DNA of 64,000 bases from Candidatus Binatia bacterium (lineage in GTDB: Bacteria > Desulfobacterota > Binatia > Bin18). Location: contig OZ246887.1 of assembly GCA_965231765.1 (NCBI GenBank), forward strand, positions 3,090,755-3,154,754. Direction: 5' to 3'. The translations under genes were made by a program, and so were the position numbers. Below the pieces are notes generated by a model, which was not told the DNA's origin, did no database searches, and worked only from the letters and a program-made list of their open reading frames with translations. Every line of letters begins with the position of its first letter. The stretch's first letter is position 1. Positions 33,824 through 43,229 of this stretch are shown piece after piece.

Positions 33824-34492
33824 ATGAATCTCATTCACTCAATCTACGAGCCGCCAGGCGATGGGCCACATCCGACCTTACTCACTCTGCACGGTTTTGG
33901 TGCAAATGCGCTTGACCTGTTGGGCTTGGCTCCGCATCTCTGCGGCGGCACGTTCTTGGTCGTGTGTCCACAAGGTCCGCTGCAGGTTGCAATCAGCGAT
34001 TCTATGGTTGGCTATGGCTGGTTTCCGATTAGCGGGGCTGGTCCGATTAATGTCCAAGCGGTCCTTGCTGCCCAGGAGCAGTTACAGACGTTTCTGGCCG
34101 ATGCATTCGAACGCTATCCCATTGATCCAAAAAAGCTCGTTATTGTGGGTTTCAGTCAAGGTGGGGTGATGGCGTATAGCCTCGGATTGAGTGAACCTGA
34201 ACGATACGCTGGATTAGCTGCGCTGAGTTCGTGGTTACCCAAAGATCTGTTGTCAACCTTTCCGGATGTCCCAGCAACTGAACAGCTCCCCGTCCTCATT
34301 CAACATGGTAGCCAAGACGAGCTCGTCGATGTTGGCCGCGCCCGCCAATCGGTCGAGACGTTGCGTAATGTGAATGTCCCACTCACCTATCGTGAGTATG
34401 AGATGGGACACCAGATTAACGCTGAGAGCCTCGCCGACCTGTCAAACTGGTTGCAAGAGAAAGTGCTTTCGCCTGTTGTCCTGAACTCATAA
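33824..34492 (+). CDS. Phospholipase/carboxylesterase
   Basis: LHGFGAN, GFSQGG, HGSQD, MGHQI. Confidence 0.88.
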   Translation: MNLIHSIYEPPGDGPHPTLLTLHGFGANALDLLGLAPHLCGGTFLVVCPQGPLQVAISDSMVGYGWFPISGAGPINVQAVLAAQEQLQTFLADAFERYPIDPKKLVIVGFSQGGVMAYSLGLSEPERYAGLAALSSWLPKDLLSTFPDVPATEQLPVLIQHGSQDELVDVGRARQSVETLRNVNVPLTYREYEMGHQINAESLADLSNWLQEKVLSPVVLNS

Positions 34493-34500
34493 GTCTTTCT

Positions 34501-34534
34501 CCCTCTCCCTGAGGGAGAGGGCTGGGGTGAGGGT
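34501..34534. repeat. CCCTCTCCC-type REP palindrome
   Basis: CCCTCTCCCT-G-AGGGAGAGGG followed by GGGGTGAGGG between convergent genes. Confidence 0.7.
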
Positions 34535-34560
34535 GAACTCTGACAGATGATCCGTGACGC

Positions 34561-35442
34561 TTAATGCGCTAAAAACTGTCTCACCTCTCGCAGAAAAATA
34601 TCCAACTGATCGTGATGGACCCAGTGCCCGGCATTCGGGATCGTCACGATTTTGGGATTCCGAAACACTTGTGCCCGGCCGTCCTTTTCCGGGTCAGCCG
34701 CCCACGAATCCGCCCCTCGGAATAAGAGCGTTGGGCATGCAATCTGTCCCCAAATGTCCTGGGCGTCCGACATATTAAATCGATACGGCGACTGCGCTCG
34801 GACGTAGTTGTCGAACTTCCAAGTATACGTGCCGTCCTCATTCCGATTCGCTCCGTATAGCGTCAGATGATACGCCTGTTCCGGGGTGAGCCGGGTATTG
34901 GCCTCGCGCATACGTTGGACGGCTTCGTCAAGGGTTTTGTATCGATGTGGCAGACGGCTGGCAAAGTCACGCATCTGCGAGATCCACACTTGCATACGCT
35001 CTTGGGCGTTTTTGGGTTGTTCAGCGATCATCTGGGGCGGGGGACCGAGCCCTTCGATTGACACAACTTTTTTGACCTTGTCCGGATACACGCCAGAATA
35101 CTGGAGGACGATACCACCGCCCAGCGAGTGGCCGATGAGCGTAACCGGAAATTGATCGGTCTGGGCCAACAACTGCGCAATATCGACCACATGCTCAATC
35201 ATGGCGTATTCACTACCACGTGCCCATTCTGAGTCGCCATGTCCACGCAGGTCTGGCGCGATGATGTGATAGTCCTCCCGAAACGCTTGTGCCACCCAGT
35301 CCCAGTTGCGGCAATGATCCCGCCCACCATGAATGAGCGCCATCAGCGGCTTGTCTGGATTACCCCAGTCTACATAGTGCAGCTTCAGGCGTTGGGAATA
35401 GAAGGAGTGGGAAGTCGGTCCGATGATGTGTGGTTCCGGCAT
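34561..35442 (-). CDS. Alpha/beta hydrolase
   Basis: IHGGRDH, PDLRGHGDS, GHSLGG, AGHWVHHDQ. Confidence 0.9.
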   Translation of the reverse strand: MPEPHIIGPTSHSFYSQRLKLHYVDWGNPDKPLMALIHGGRDHCRNWDWVAQAFREDYHIIAPDLRGHGDSEWARGSEYAMIEHVVDIAQLLAQTDQFPVTLIGHSLGGGIVLQYSGVYPDKVKKVVSIEGLGPPPQMIAEQPKNAQERMQVWISQMRDFASRLPHRYKTLDEAVQRMREANTRLTPEQAYHLTLYGANRNEDGTYTWKFDNYVRAQSPYRFNMSDAQDIWGQIACPTLLFRGADSWAADPEKDGRAQVFRNPKIVTIPNAGHWVHHDQLDIFLREVRQFLAH

Positions 35443-35499
35443 AGGGGTTCCTCTCTGGCCTGGATTGTAGCCAGTGGAGGGGATGGACCGCAACTCCAG

Positions 35500-35532
35500 C
35501 AGATCATCTATGCCCATCACCTGACCGTTCCT
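35500..35532 (+). repeat. Copy of the mod 5' coding sequence
   Basis: CAGATCATCTATGCCCATCACCTGACCGTTCCT matches 36490-36522 at 32/33. Confidence 0.85.
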
Positions 35533-35639
35533 GCGAGTCTGTCGGCTGGCGCTCCACTATACTACTAGCGACGACGTTTTTCATGGTGTAGGTTCGGGCC
35601 AATGGAAGTTCATCTGCGAAAACCTGAAAGAACTGAACT

Positions 35640-35981
35640 ATGTCGGAGACAGCGATGGTGATACAACCTCCTAGCGGCCTATCAGCAGACTTGACGCAAG
35701 ACTCTTCTGAGGCTGTTCGCTCTGCTCCTGTATCGACCCGCCTCATGCCTGGCGGCCAAGTGACTCTACCGCGGACCTTTACCAAGGCGCTCGGAATCCA
35801 GGAGGGGGATAACGTTGTACTCCGGCTGGAGGGAGATGAACTCCGCCTCTACAGCCGGGCCACGGCCATCAAGCGGGTGCAGAAGCTCGTGGCCCGTCAC
35901 GTACCGCCTGGAGTCAAGCTCGCCGACGAGCTTATCGCGGAACGTCGCCGTGAGGCCCGGCGCGAGGCTGGTGGTGTCTGA
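35640..35981 (+). CDS. AbrB/MazE-family antitoxin
   Basis: GGQVTLP...ALGIQEGDNVVL...LADELIAERRREA. Confidence 0.8.
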   Translation: MSETAMVIQPPSGLSADLTQDSSEAVRSAPVSTRLMPGGQVTLPRTFTKALGIQEGDNVVLRLEGDELRLYSRATAIKRVQKLVARHVPPGVKLADELIAERRREARREAGGV

Positions 35982-36039
35982 CTACGTGATCGACGCTTCG
36001 GCTATCCTTGCACTCTTACATGTGGCGAAAAGTCAATAA
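35974..36039 (+). pseudogene. VapC/PIN toxin N-terminal fragment
   Basis: VSDYVIDASAILALL then an abrupt stop; overlaps the antitoxin stop. Confidence 0.7.
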
Positions 36040-36462
36040 ATTCGTAAAAACGTCTAACTTTTTGCCGTATTTGCGGGGTATTTTGGGTGCTGATTGAGCG
36101 GGAATGGGAGATTTTGCAAGCACTTATATTGCAGGAATCGGCCCCCAAAACCCCCGTTTCCTGGCCTTTTTTTTCCAAAACGTCTTTTTTTTGGGGTGAG
36201 AGGGGACCTAAGTCCTTGATTTCATTGAAAATGGCAAAAAAAAGTTGTCTTTTTTTGTCTTTTTTTGTCTTTTTTTGGACCGAAAAGTGTGAAAAAAAGA
36301 CAAAATTTCCGCTCTTACCCCCCTATTTTGTCTTTTTTTGTCTCTTTTTGAAGCCCTTTTTGAAGGGGGTGTAACATTGCTACACTTACAAGTTGACTCA
36401 GACATTGAGGTCGAACTGATCCGCGAATAATGGGTGAACCTCAGAAAGGCCGAGCCACCCCG

Positions 36463-38078
36463 ATGCCGACCCTGGACTTCAAAGGAAAACAGATCGTCTA
36501 TGCCCATCACCTGACCGTTCCTTCGAGGACGCTGGAGCCGGATGCCCCCAAATCTCTCCCGCCCAAAGACCAACAGCCGTCCCTTGACGACAATCTGATT
36601 ATCCACGGTGATAGCTTGCACGCCCTCAAGGCGCTCATGCCGCGCTACGCCGGACGGGTGCACTGCATCTACATCGACCCTCCCTACAACACCGGCAACG
36701 AAGGCTGGGTGTACAACGACAACGTGAACAGCCCACTGATGCAGGAGTGGTTGAAAGGCAAAAGCCCGGTAGACGGCGAAGACCTGGAGCGGCATGACAA
36801 ATGGCTGTGCATGATGTGGCCGCGCCTGCACCTGTTGCGCGAACTGCTGGCCGAGAACGGGGCGATTTTCGTTTCGATTGATGACAACGAAGTACATCAC
36901 TTGCGGATGATGCTGGATGAGATTTTCGGAGGAGAGAATTTTGTTGGACAATTTATTTGGAAGAGTAGGCAAAACAAAGATAATCGTAACGTGACTGGAG
37001 CTTCAATTGACCACGAATACGTCCTTTGCTACGGGACTGCTATACGAGGCGAAGAACGAAAAAGAGGTCTGTATTCAAATCCTGACAATGACCCAAGAGG
37101 GGATTGGACTAGCGGCAATATGGTAGGACTCGCGACAAAGGAGGCTCGCCCGAATCTACATTTTGACCTTATCAACCCAGAAACGGGGATCAGTTATGGA
37201 TGCCCTATTAGAGGCTGGAGGTACGATCGAAAACGGATGGCAGAACTGATCGCGCATAACCGGATATTGTGGCCGTCTATGGAAGAAGGAAGGCCGAGAG
37301 TCAAAGTTTTTCTCGACGAATTGAAAGAAAAGTACACTGGGTTCTCCTCGGTTATTGGCGAAGGGTTCTTTACAAGAAGCGGGACAAAAGAGATTGACGA
37401 AATTTTTGCAACGAGAGTTGTCGAGTTTCCGAAGCCATTTGGGCTTGTTCGTGAAATCTTGACTCAAGGCTGTCCGAGCGACGGGCTTGTTTTGGACTCC
37501 TTCGCTGGCTCCGGCACAACCGCCCAAGCGGTCTTAGCGCTGAACAAGGAAGATGGCGGGAACCGCAAATTCATCCTCGTGGAGTGTGAAGACTACGCCG
37601 ACACCATCACCGCCGAGCGCGTGCGCCGCGTGATAAAAGGCGTCCCGAACGCGAAGGACGAAAACCTGAAAAACGGGCTGGGCGGCGGCTTCACCTATTG
37701 CACCCTGGGCGAAGAAATCAGCCCTGAAAAATGCTCACCGGAGAGCATCTGCCGGACTACGACACCCTGGCCCGCCACCTCGTCTACACCGCCACCGGCC
37801 ACGCGCCGGGCAATATCCGCAAAACGCGAAGCAAGGACGGCCTTTTCCATGAAACGGATGACCGCCTATTCTACCTGATCTACCAGCCGAATCTTGACTT
37901 CCTGCGTAGCGCCGATTCCGCCCTGAACAGCGACCGCGCCGACCGCATCGCCAAGCAAGCCAAGACCAAGCACAAAACCGCCGTCGTCTTCGCCACCCAT
38001 AAGTTCATGGGGCAGAAGGAGTTGACGGACATGGGCATTGTGTTTTGCGGGCTGCCGTATGGAATTTTATCGAGCTGA
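36463..38078 (+). pseudogene. mod: Type III R-M methyltransferase (Mod), frameshifted near 37730
   Basis: IHGDSLHALK, IYIDPPYNTG, LDSFAGSGTT, RKFILVE; the C-terminus continues in ORF 37731..38078 after a 1-nt deletion in CCTGAAAAATG. Confidence 0.88.
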
Positions 38079-38130
38079 CTTCTCAACCGACAATGCGCGT
38101 GACAACAGCAGACCGTCAGAACAAGGGACA

Positions 38131-39753
38131 ATGACCGATATCGACGAACAACTCACGGAGTTGAGGCAAAAAACAGCCCAACTTCTTCAGAAAAAGAATT
38201 GGGACGGATTGATTTCGTACCTGTCCGAACTGATTGGACATGAGAGTCGGAACTTCAAACCAGAGATGATGTCCGAGTGTTACCATTTGCTTGGCCTCGC
38301 ATATGGCAACAAAGAAGACCATGATCTCGCTTCTAAAAAATTCTCTATCGCAATAGCACTAAACTCTAATAATTCGTTGGCTTACCACAGCCGCGGCGTC
38401 TCGCGCAGTAGCGTGGGAAGCTCTGAAGTGGCAAGGGGAGACTATGGAGCAGCGAGAGGAAACTACAAGGCAGCGACAGCCGATTTCGAAAAGGCGATAA
38501 AGCTGGACCCTAAAGATGCACTCGCTTACCAGAACTGCGCCTTTGCGTATCGGCACCTCGATCAGCACGAAAAGGCCATCAGGCTCTCCAGCAAAGCGAT
38601 AGAGCTGGAGCCTACCTGCGCATCAGCGTACAAGGAACGTGGCTCAGCGTATCTGCACGAGGGGCGATATGGACAGGCTTTTGGCGATTTTGACCGAGCT
38701 AATAAGTACGATCCAGAATCGACAATGCTTTCTGCTGGAATGTATATCGTATCACGTATTACCAGCATCTACGGCACCGAGGAGGAGAGCCAGCGAGAGA
38801 AAGCTTTTGAATTCTTTTACAAATTAGCCGACGCGATACGTATAGTACAAGAAAAATTGTTCTATGAGCCGGAAAATGTCCAGGAGATTGCGCACTATAC
38901 AACTCTATACGCACTCAGAAGCCTTGCTAAGCAAAGTCCTTTCCGTCTTTCCAATGGAGCCTATATGAACGACCCAGAAGAAGGTAGGACATTTTTTGAG
39001 ATAATGGAAGATGTCCATGATACGAACGCAAAGGACAGCTTTTACAAAAAGAATCCGCCTTATCCATCGCCTGCCTATATCGGCAGCTTCGCCAAGGTGA
39101 CCTCGGGCGAGGCAGAGTCGAAAGACAAATTGTTTCTCTGGCGGACATATGGAAAGCATGACGTGGAAGAAGCGGCCGGGGCGTGCCTGATATTCAAGCA
39201 TAATGGGCAAAATTTTGCAGAGACATGTCCGCCAACAATGGGCTATATGCCTCAACCAACAATGGACGACGCGTCTCAACAGATATCCAAACCGGCGCTT
39301 TATAGGGTGGTTTATAGAAACGACGAAGGACGTATGAGTGAAAAAATCTCTGAAGAGTTGAGCCAACTGTCGGAATCACTCAAACAAATCGAGGCTCATG
39401 TCTTGCAGAGAGCGAATGACAAAGAGGAGCAACTTCGGAGCCTCGTTTGTGAACTGCTCGACAGTATCCGATTTCTTTTCAAGAAGGATCATTACAAGGA
39501 AGAACAGGAAGTCCGTATTATCGATGCTCGTCGTGCAGAAGACGATGAAACATGGAAATCAAATGGAGTCAGGGTTGACACGGAGCGCATACCTCCGCGC
39601 TTTTACCTTGAAGCGGGAAACTTACACTTCAGTGAAGTCATACTAGGCCCCCAAGCGCGCGGCATACGCGAATGGACGCGATGGTTGAAAGAGCAAGACG
39701 AAGAACTAACCGTCAAGAAATCTGGAATTGAATACGGAGAGCGACATCCTTAG
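38131..39753 (+). CDS. TPR-repeat + DUF2971-like domain protein
   Basis: Several TPRs (AIALNSNNSLAYHSRG, AIKLDPKDALAY), then HYTT...FRLSN...MNDPEEG, LWRTYG, FKKDHYKEEQEVR, VILGP. Confidence 0.8.
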   Translation: MTDIDEQLTELRQKTAQLLQKKNWDGLISYLSELIGHESRNFKPEMMSECYHLLGLAYGNKEDHDLASKKFSIAIALNSNNSLAYHSRGVSRSSVGSSEVARGDYGAARGNYKAATADFEKAIKLDPKDALAYQNCAFAYRHLDQHEKAIRLSSKAIELEPTCASAYKERGSAYLHEGRYGQAFGDFDRANKYDPESTMLSAGMYIVSRITSIYGTEEESQREKAFEFFYKLADAIRIVQEKLFYEPENVQEIAHYTTLYALRSLAKQSPFRLSNGAYMNDPEEGRTFFEIMEDVHDTNAKDSFYKKNPPYPSPAYIGSFAKVTSGEAESKDKLFLWRTYGKHDVEEAAGACLIFKHNGQNFAETCPPTMGYMPQPTMDDASQQISKPALYRVVYRNDEGRMSEKISEELSQLSESLKQIEAHVLQRANDKEEQLRSLVCELLDSIRFLFKKDHYKEEQEVRIIDARRAEDDETWKSNGVRVDTERIPPRFYLEAGNLHFSEVILGPQARGIREWTRWLKEQDEELTVKKSGIEYGERHP

Positions 39754-39798
39754 GCGTTTATGGGACGGGATATGTATCGGGAGCAACCGGAGGTTCAA

Positions 39799-39956
39799 GA
39801 GGTCGGCTTAGCGAAGCGTAAGCCGACATCCTAGGGACAAATCGTCACCATTCACAGCTTATGCAACTCAAAACCTACCAATCCATGGGGCAGAAGGAAT
39901 TGACGGACATGGGCATTGTGTTTTGCGCCTTGCCATATGAGGTCTTGAGCGGGTAG
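39799..39956 (+). repeat. Junction 1: REP hairpin + res 5' end + mod 3' end
   Basis: GTCGGCTTA-GCGAAGCG-TAAGCCGAC at 39802-39827; ATGCAACTCAAAACCTACCAA (res start) at 39861; 39884-39956 is a diverged copy of mod 38006-38078. Confidence 0.9.
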
Positions 39957-39981
39957 CATCCTCGGTGTGGAGGATCTGATA

Positions 39982-40827
39982 ATGGCCAGAGAAAAAATTG
40001 CTTTGACGCTCGAAGGACCCGACGAAAACAACGGTCACTTGGAACTGTCGGTTTTCGCAGAGAAAATCAGGCATTTTCTTGATCTGTTGAACAGGAGCGT
40101 CAAAGAGATCAGCAGACAACGCGTAGTATTCCGCGTTGTCCATCTTTCTCATTCCAGCCCCGTGACAATAGAATGCGAACCGGTAGTAAGAGATGCGGAG
40201 GTTGCCAGAGCCAGGGGTGGGGAGATTGCCACTGTTGCTATCAACGTGATCGGCAAGAATATGATGTGTGTGGAAGAGGAGAAAACCCACAACCTTTCTC
40301 ACCCCGTTCTGTCTGCTATGGAGCGGCTCGCAAAGTTCCAGCCCACAAAAATTGTGCGAGCCGAAGTACGAATTCTTGGAAGCGATGCCGAGGACAAGCA
40401 CATTTACAAACTGGATAACAGATTCAAAGAGCAATTGAGCAACGCTCGACGCATGGAAGAAAGGGTTGTCAGCACAATAGATGGCAAACTTGAGCGGATT
40501 AACATCCACAACAATACGAATACGTTTCGGATTTATCCATCTCTACCTGCTTTTTCTTCCGTCAACTGTGAATTCCCGCCGAATTTGCGTGAGAGAGTGC
40601 AAAACTCTCTGGGGTTTTTTGTTTCCGTTTCCGGCGAATGCTTGTATCGTCCCGAAGCGCCCTTTCCTTACAAAATGAACGTCCAGGCAATGGAGGTACT
40701 GCCCCCGCCCGAGGAACTGCCTACTCTGAGCGACCTTTACGGTATTGCCCCTGGCGCGACGGGAAGCAAATCTTCCGAACAGTTCGTAAGAGAACTGCGC
40801 GATAGATGGGATGAGGATAATCAATGA
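39982..40827 (+). CDS. Hypothetical protein, probable partner/antitoxin of the downstream PIN nuclease
   Basis: GGAGG RBS; ATGA overlap with the PIN gene; antitoxin-like tail SSEQFVRELRDRWDE. Confidence 0.65.
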   Translation: MAREKIALTLEGPDENNGHLELSVFAEKIRHFLDLLNRSVKEISRQRVVFRVVHLSHSSPVTIECEPVVRDAEVARARGGEIATVAINVIGKNMMCVEEEKTHNLSHPVLSAMERLAKFQPTKIVRAEVRILGSDAEDKHIYKLDNRFKEQLSNARRMEERVVSTIDGKLERINIHNNTNTFRIYPSLPAFSSVNCEFPPNLRERVQNSLGFFVSVSGECLYRPEAPFPYKMNVQAMEVLPPPEELPTLSDLYGIAPGATGSKSSEQFVRELRDRWDEDNQ

Positions 40828-41273
40828 AGGAGGATGTAATCTGCTGGGACTCATCGGTTTTCATAAGCTGGCTTCGGGGCAATGAGGGCGAAGACAGAGA
40901 TCGAGCCATACGATACTTAGTGGAAAGAGTCGAAGCCGGGGATTACAAGGTAGCCGTTTCTACTCTTCTCTATGTAGAAGTATTGGAGAGCACGATGCCC
41001 GCACCCGCGATTGGTCGATTTGAAAAATTCATGCAAAACAGGGCAATGATCAGCATAGTCGCTGTTGATATTCGTGTGGCACGAAAAGCCCAGATGATAC
41101 GAGACACGTTACAAAAAAAGGACGAGAACATAACCACGCCTGACGCCGTTCACATTGCGACGGCGATTGTCAGCCAAGCGAAATTCTTCCATACGTTTGA
41201 TGCCCGTTTGCTGCGGCTCAACGGGAAATCCGAAGTAGACGGTCTTACAATCACCGCCTGCGATATTCAATGA
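40824..41273 (+). CDS. PIN-domain (VapC-like) ribonuclease
   Basis: CWDSSVFI, STLLYVEV, PDAVHIATA, HTFDARL acidic quartet. Confidence 0.88.
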   Translation: MKEDVICWDSSVFISWLRGNEGEDRDRAIRYLVERVEAGDYKVAVSTLLYVEVLESTMPAPAIGRFEKFMQNRAMISIVAVDIRVARKAQMIRDTLQKKDENITTPDAVHIATAIVSQAKFFHTFDARLLRLNGKSEVDGLTITACDIQ

Positions 41274-41302
41274 CTCCCTCACTGTTTCGACTATAACAGC
41301 CC

Positions 41303-41405
41303 GTAGGTCGGCTTAGCGGAGCGTAAGCCGACATCCTCGGGACGAATCGTAGCCATCCACAGCTCATGCAACTCAAAATCTACCAGCAAAACGCCCTCGA
41401 TCAGC
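41303..41405 (+). repeat. Junction 2: GTAG-REP hairpin + res 5' end
   Basis: GTAG-GTCGGCTTA-GCGGAGCG-TAAGCCGAC, then MQLKIYQQNALDQ (ATG at 41366), nearly identical to the res start at 51413. Confidence 0.9.
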
Positions 41406-41434
41406 GGCTAGCATCCCTGTTCCTGTGACCACCT

Positions 41435-41606
41435 ATGAAAGTGCGGGAGTTTGTACGGCTGGTATCTCGTGCGAACGAGAGGCAGCCATCGTCAGTCCCA
41501 CCATCCGAGCAAACCCGGTACAGTCACGGTTGCGGGTAAGCCCAGTGTAGACATTCCGCCTGGTACCTTAAACAGTATCCTGAAACAGGCGGAGTTGAAG
41601 GAGTAA
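41435..41606 (+). pseudogene. hicA: HicA toxin with internal deletion/frameshift
   Basis: MKVREFVRL, then in another frame GWYLVRTRGSHRQSHHPSKPGTVTVAGKPSVDIPPGTLNSILKQAEL. Confidence 0.8.
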
Positions 41607-41607
41607 G

Positions 41608-41826
41608 ATGATGCGGTACCTCGTGATTCTTGAAAAAGGCGAGTCAAGCTGGGGTGCTCATGTCCCTGACCTCCCGGGGTGTATTGCGGTGGCAGAGACC
41701 CGTCAGGAAGTGACAGCCCTCATCAAAGACGCCATTACTTTTCACCTGGAAGGTCTGCGCGAGCACGGCGAGCCTATTCCTCTTCCCGCCTCCGAAAGCG
41801 AATGTATCGAGATAGACGCGGCGTAG
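41608..41826 (+). CDS. hicB: HicB family antitoxin
   Basis: YLVILEKGESSWGAHVPDLPGCIAVAET...HLEGLREHGEPIP. Confidence 0.9.
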   Translation: MMRYLVILEKGESSWGAHVPDLPGCIAVAETRQEVTALIKDAITFHLEGLREHGEPIPLPASESECIEIDAA

Positions 41827-41847
41827 CCGTCAAGACCAAAACTTGGA

Positions 41848-41872
41848 TCACGCTTCGCTAAGCCGACCTGCA
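41848..41872 (-). repeat. Inverted, degenerate copy of the island REP
   Basis: Reverse complement reads GCAGGTCGGCTTAGCGAAGCGTG. Confidence 0.7.
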
Positions 41873-42009
41873 CGACTGATGTTGAAGGGGAACGTTGACC
41901 TGCAGCGCCAAACAGACCTCGCCGAAAAACGGCAGGAGGAAAGTATGGCAGCGTTGAGGGTCTTGATTGAACGGATAGCCGTCGGAGAATACAGAAAAGG
42001 AGTAATCCA

Positions 42010-42279
42010 ATGGAACTGCACGAACTCGTCCTGGAAATGAAGCAACTTGAACGGCGGCTGACGCTCTACGAAGAAAAATACGACATTCTCAGCCAGGACT
42101 TTTACGATCTCTTACAAACGGGGAGACTCGCACGCTACGACGATTTCGACGAGACCCGAGCGGACTTCAGCCGCTGGAAAGGTATTTACGAAACGTGGCG
42201 CCGCCGCAAGACGGCCTATAGTGAGCAAATCCGACAAGGTGACCCGGCTGACGCTTTGCGGGTACAGCCAGCGTATTGA
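42010..42279 (+). CDS. Small hypothetical protein, probable antitoxin of a DUF6516-type pair
   Basis: AGGAG RBS; LERRLTLYEEKYDILSQDFY motif; followed directly by a toxin-like N-terminal fragment. Confidence 0.55.
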   Translation: MELHELVLEMKQLERRLTLYEEKYDILSQDFYDLLQTGRLARYDDFDETRADFSRWKGIYETWRRRKTAYSEQIRQGDPADALRVQPAY

Positions 42280-42280
42280 C

Positions 42281-42617
42281 ATGGCTGAACAGCCCCTCAC
42301 ATCCCTTGCCGACTACAGTCGCTTTATTGCTGAAACCCTGGATCGTCCGTCCATTCTCCGATCAACGATCCGCGTGTGGCCGACGAGTCCCCGCCTTCTC
42401 TGGCCTCGAACCCGCCGCCCGGCTGAAGCTCGACCGACTGGAAGCGGCCACCTCGCTTGAGGACCTGGCCGCGCTGCCGGGCAACCGTCTTAAAGCCTTG
42501 AGGGGAGACCGAAAGGGCCAGTACAGCATCCGCATCAACGCCCAATGGCGAATATGCTTCGAGTGGCCGCGGGTATCCTCAGGGTCTAGCTGTGTCGAGA
42601 TTGTCGATTATCATTAG
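42281..42617 (+). pseudogene. Chimeric toxin debris: DUF6516-like N-terminus joined out of frame to a HigB C-terminal part
   Basis: MAEQPLTSLADYSRFIAETLDRPS...; other frame ARLKLDRLEAATSLEDLAALPGNRLKALRGDRKGQYSIRINAQWRICFEW...VEIVDYH lacks the HigB N-terminus. Confidence 0.7.
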
Positions 42618-42627
42618 GGGGACCGTT

Positions 42628-42936
42628 ATGGCCATCCGCGCAATCCATCCCGGAGCACACCTCGCGGAAGAGCTGAAAGCACTCAAGCTGAGCGCGGCGG
42701 CCCTCGCTCGTCAGATCGCGGTGCCCACCAACCGCGTCACCGCCATCCTCAACGGCCACCGCGCCGTGACCGCTGATACGGCGCTCCGGTTGGCTCACTT
42801 CTTCGGGACGAGTCCAGAGTTCTGGCTGAATTTGCAGCAACGCTATGAGTTACGGCTTGCCGAGCAGCGAGCGGGCAAAGCTATTAAGACGCTCCCCACG
42901 CTGACTCTGCCCTCCACCCTCTTTGCCGACTCTTAG
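42628..42936 (+). CDS. higA: HigA family antitoxin
   Basis: IHPGAHLAEEL, VTADTALRLAHFFGTSPEFWLNLQ. Confidence 0.92.
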   Translation: MAIRAIHPGAHLAEELKALKLSAAALARQIAVPTNRVTAILNGHRAVTADTALRLAHFFGTSPEFWLNLQQRYELRLAEQRAGKAIKTLPTLTLPSTLFADS

Positions 42937-43229
42937 GGCGACCTCTTCCGTGGCACTCACGATGATGCGGAGCCTGGGAATCTTGACCCTTCCAATCACG
43001 AAGAGAGAAGCCGCAGACGGCACGCCGGGGCGATGAAGGAGATATGGGCGAGCTGACAGGGGCTTCTCACACCCACACCTCGGGCTGAAGAGGCGCCGGT
43101 CGGCCCACTCAGCCCCGCTCTGCAGCAGAGAGCAGAGACGCTAGGACAAGGCCCAGGGAGGACGGCCCGGCGTCAGCCGGGCGGCTCACCCCCCCCACGG
43201 CTTGCGGCTCACTCAGCGAGAGAAAGAGA

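Noticed and set aside
36021-36060. TGTGGCG... as a Tn7-like transposon end
   Set aside because: No matching opposite end, no recognisable TnsB-site repeats and no tns genes
36087-36374. 95-aa Phe/Lys-rich ORF
   Set aside because: Artefact of T and A tracts; not protein-like
41843-42040. 65-aa ORF as an intact gene
   Set aside because: Begins within an inverted REP copy; at most a coiled-coil gene fragment
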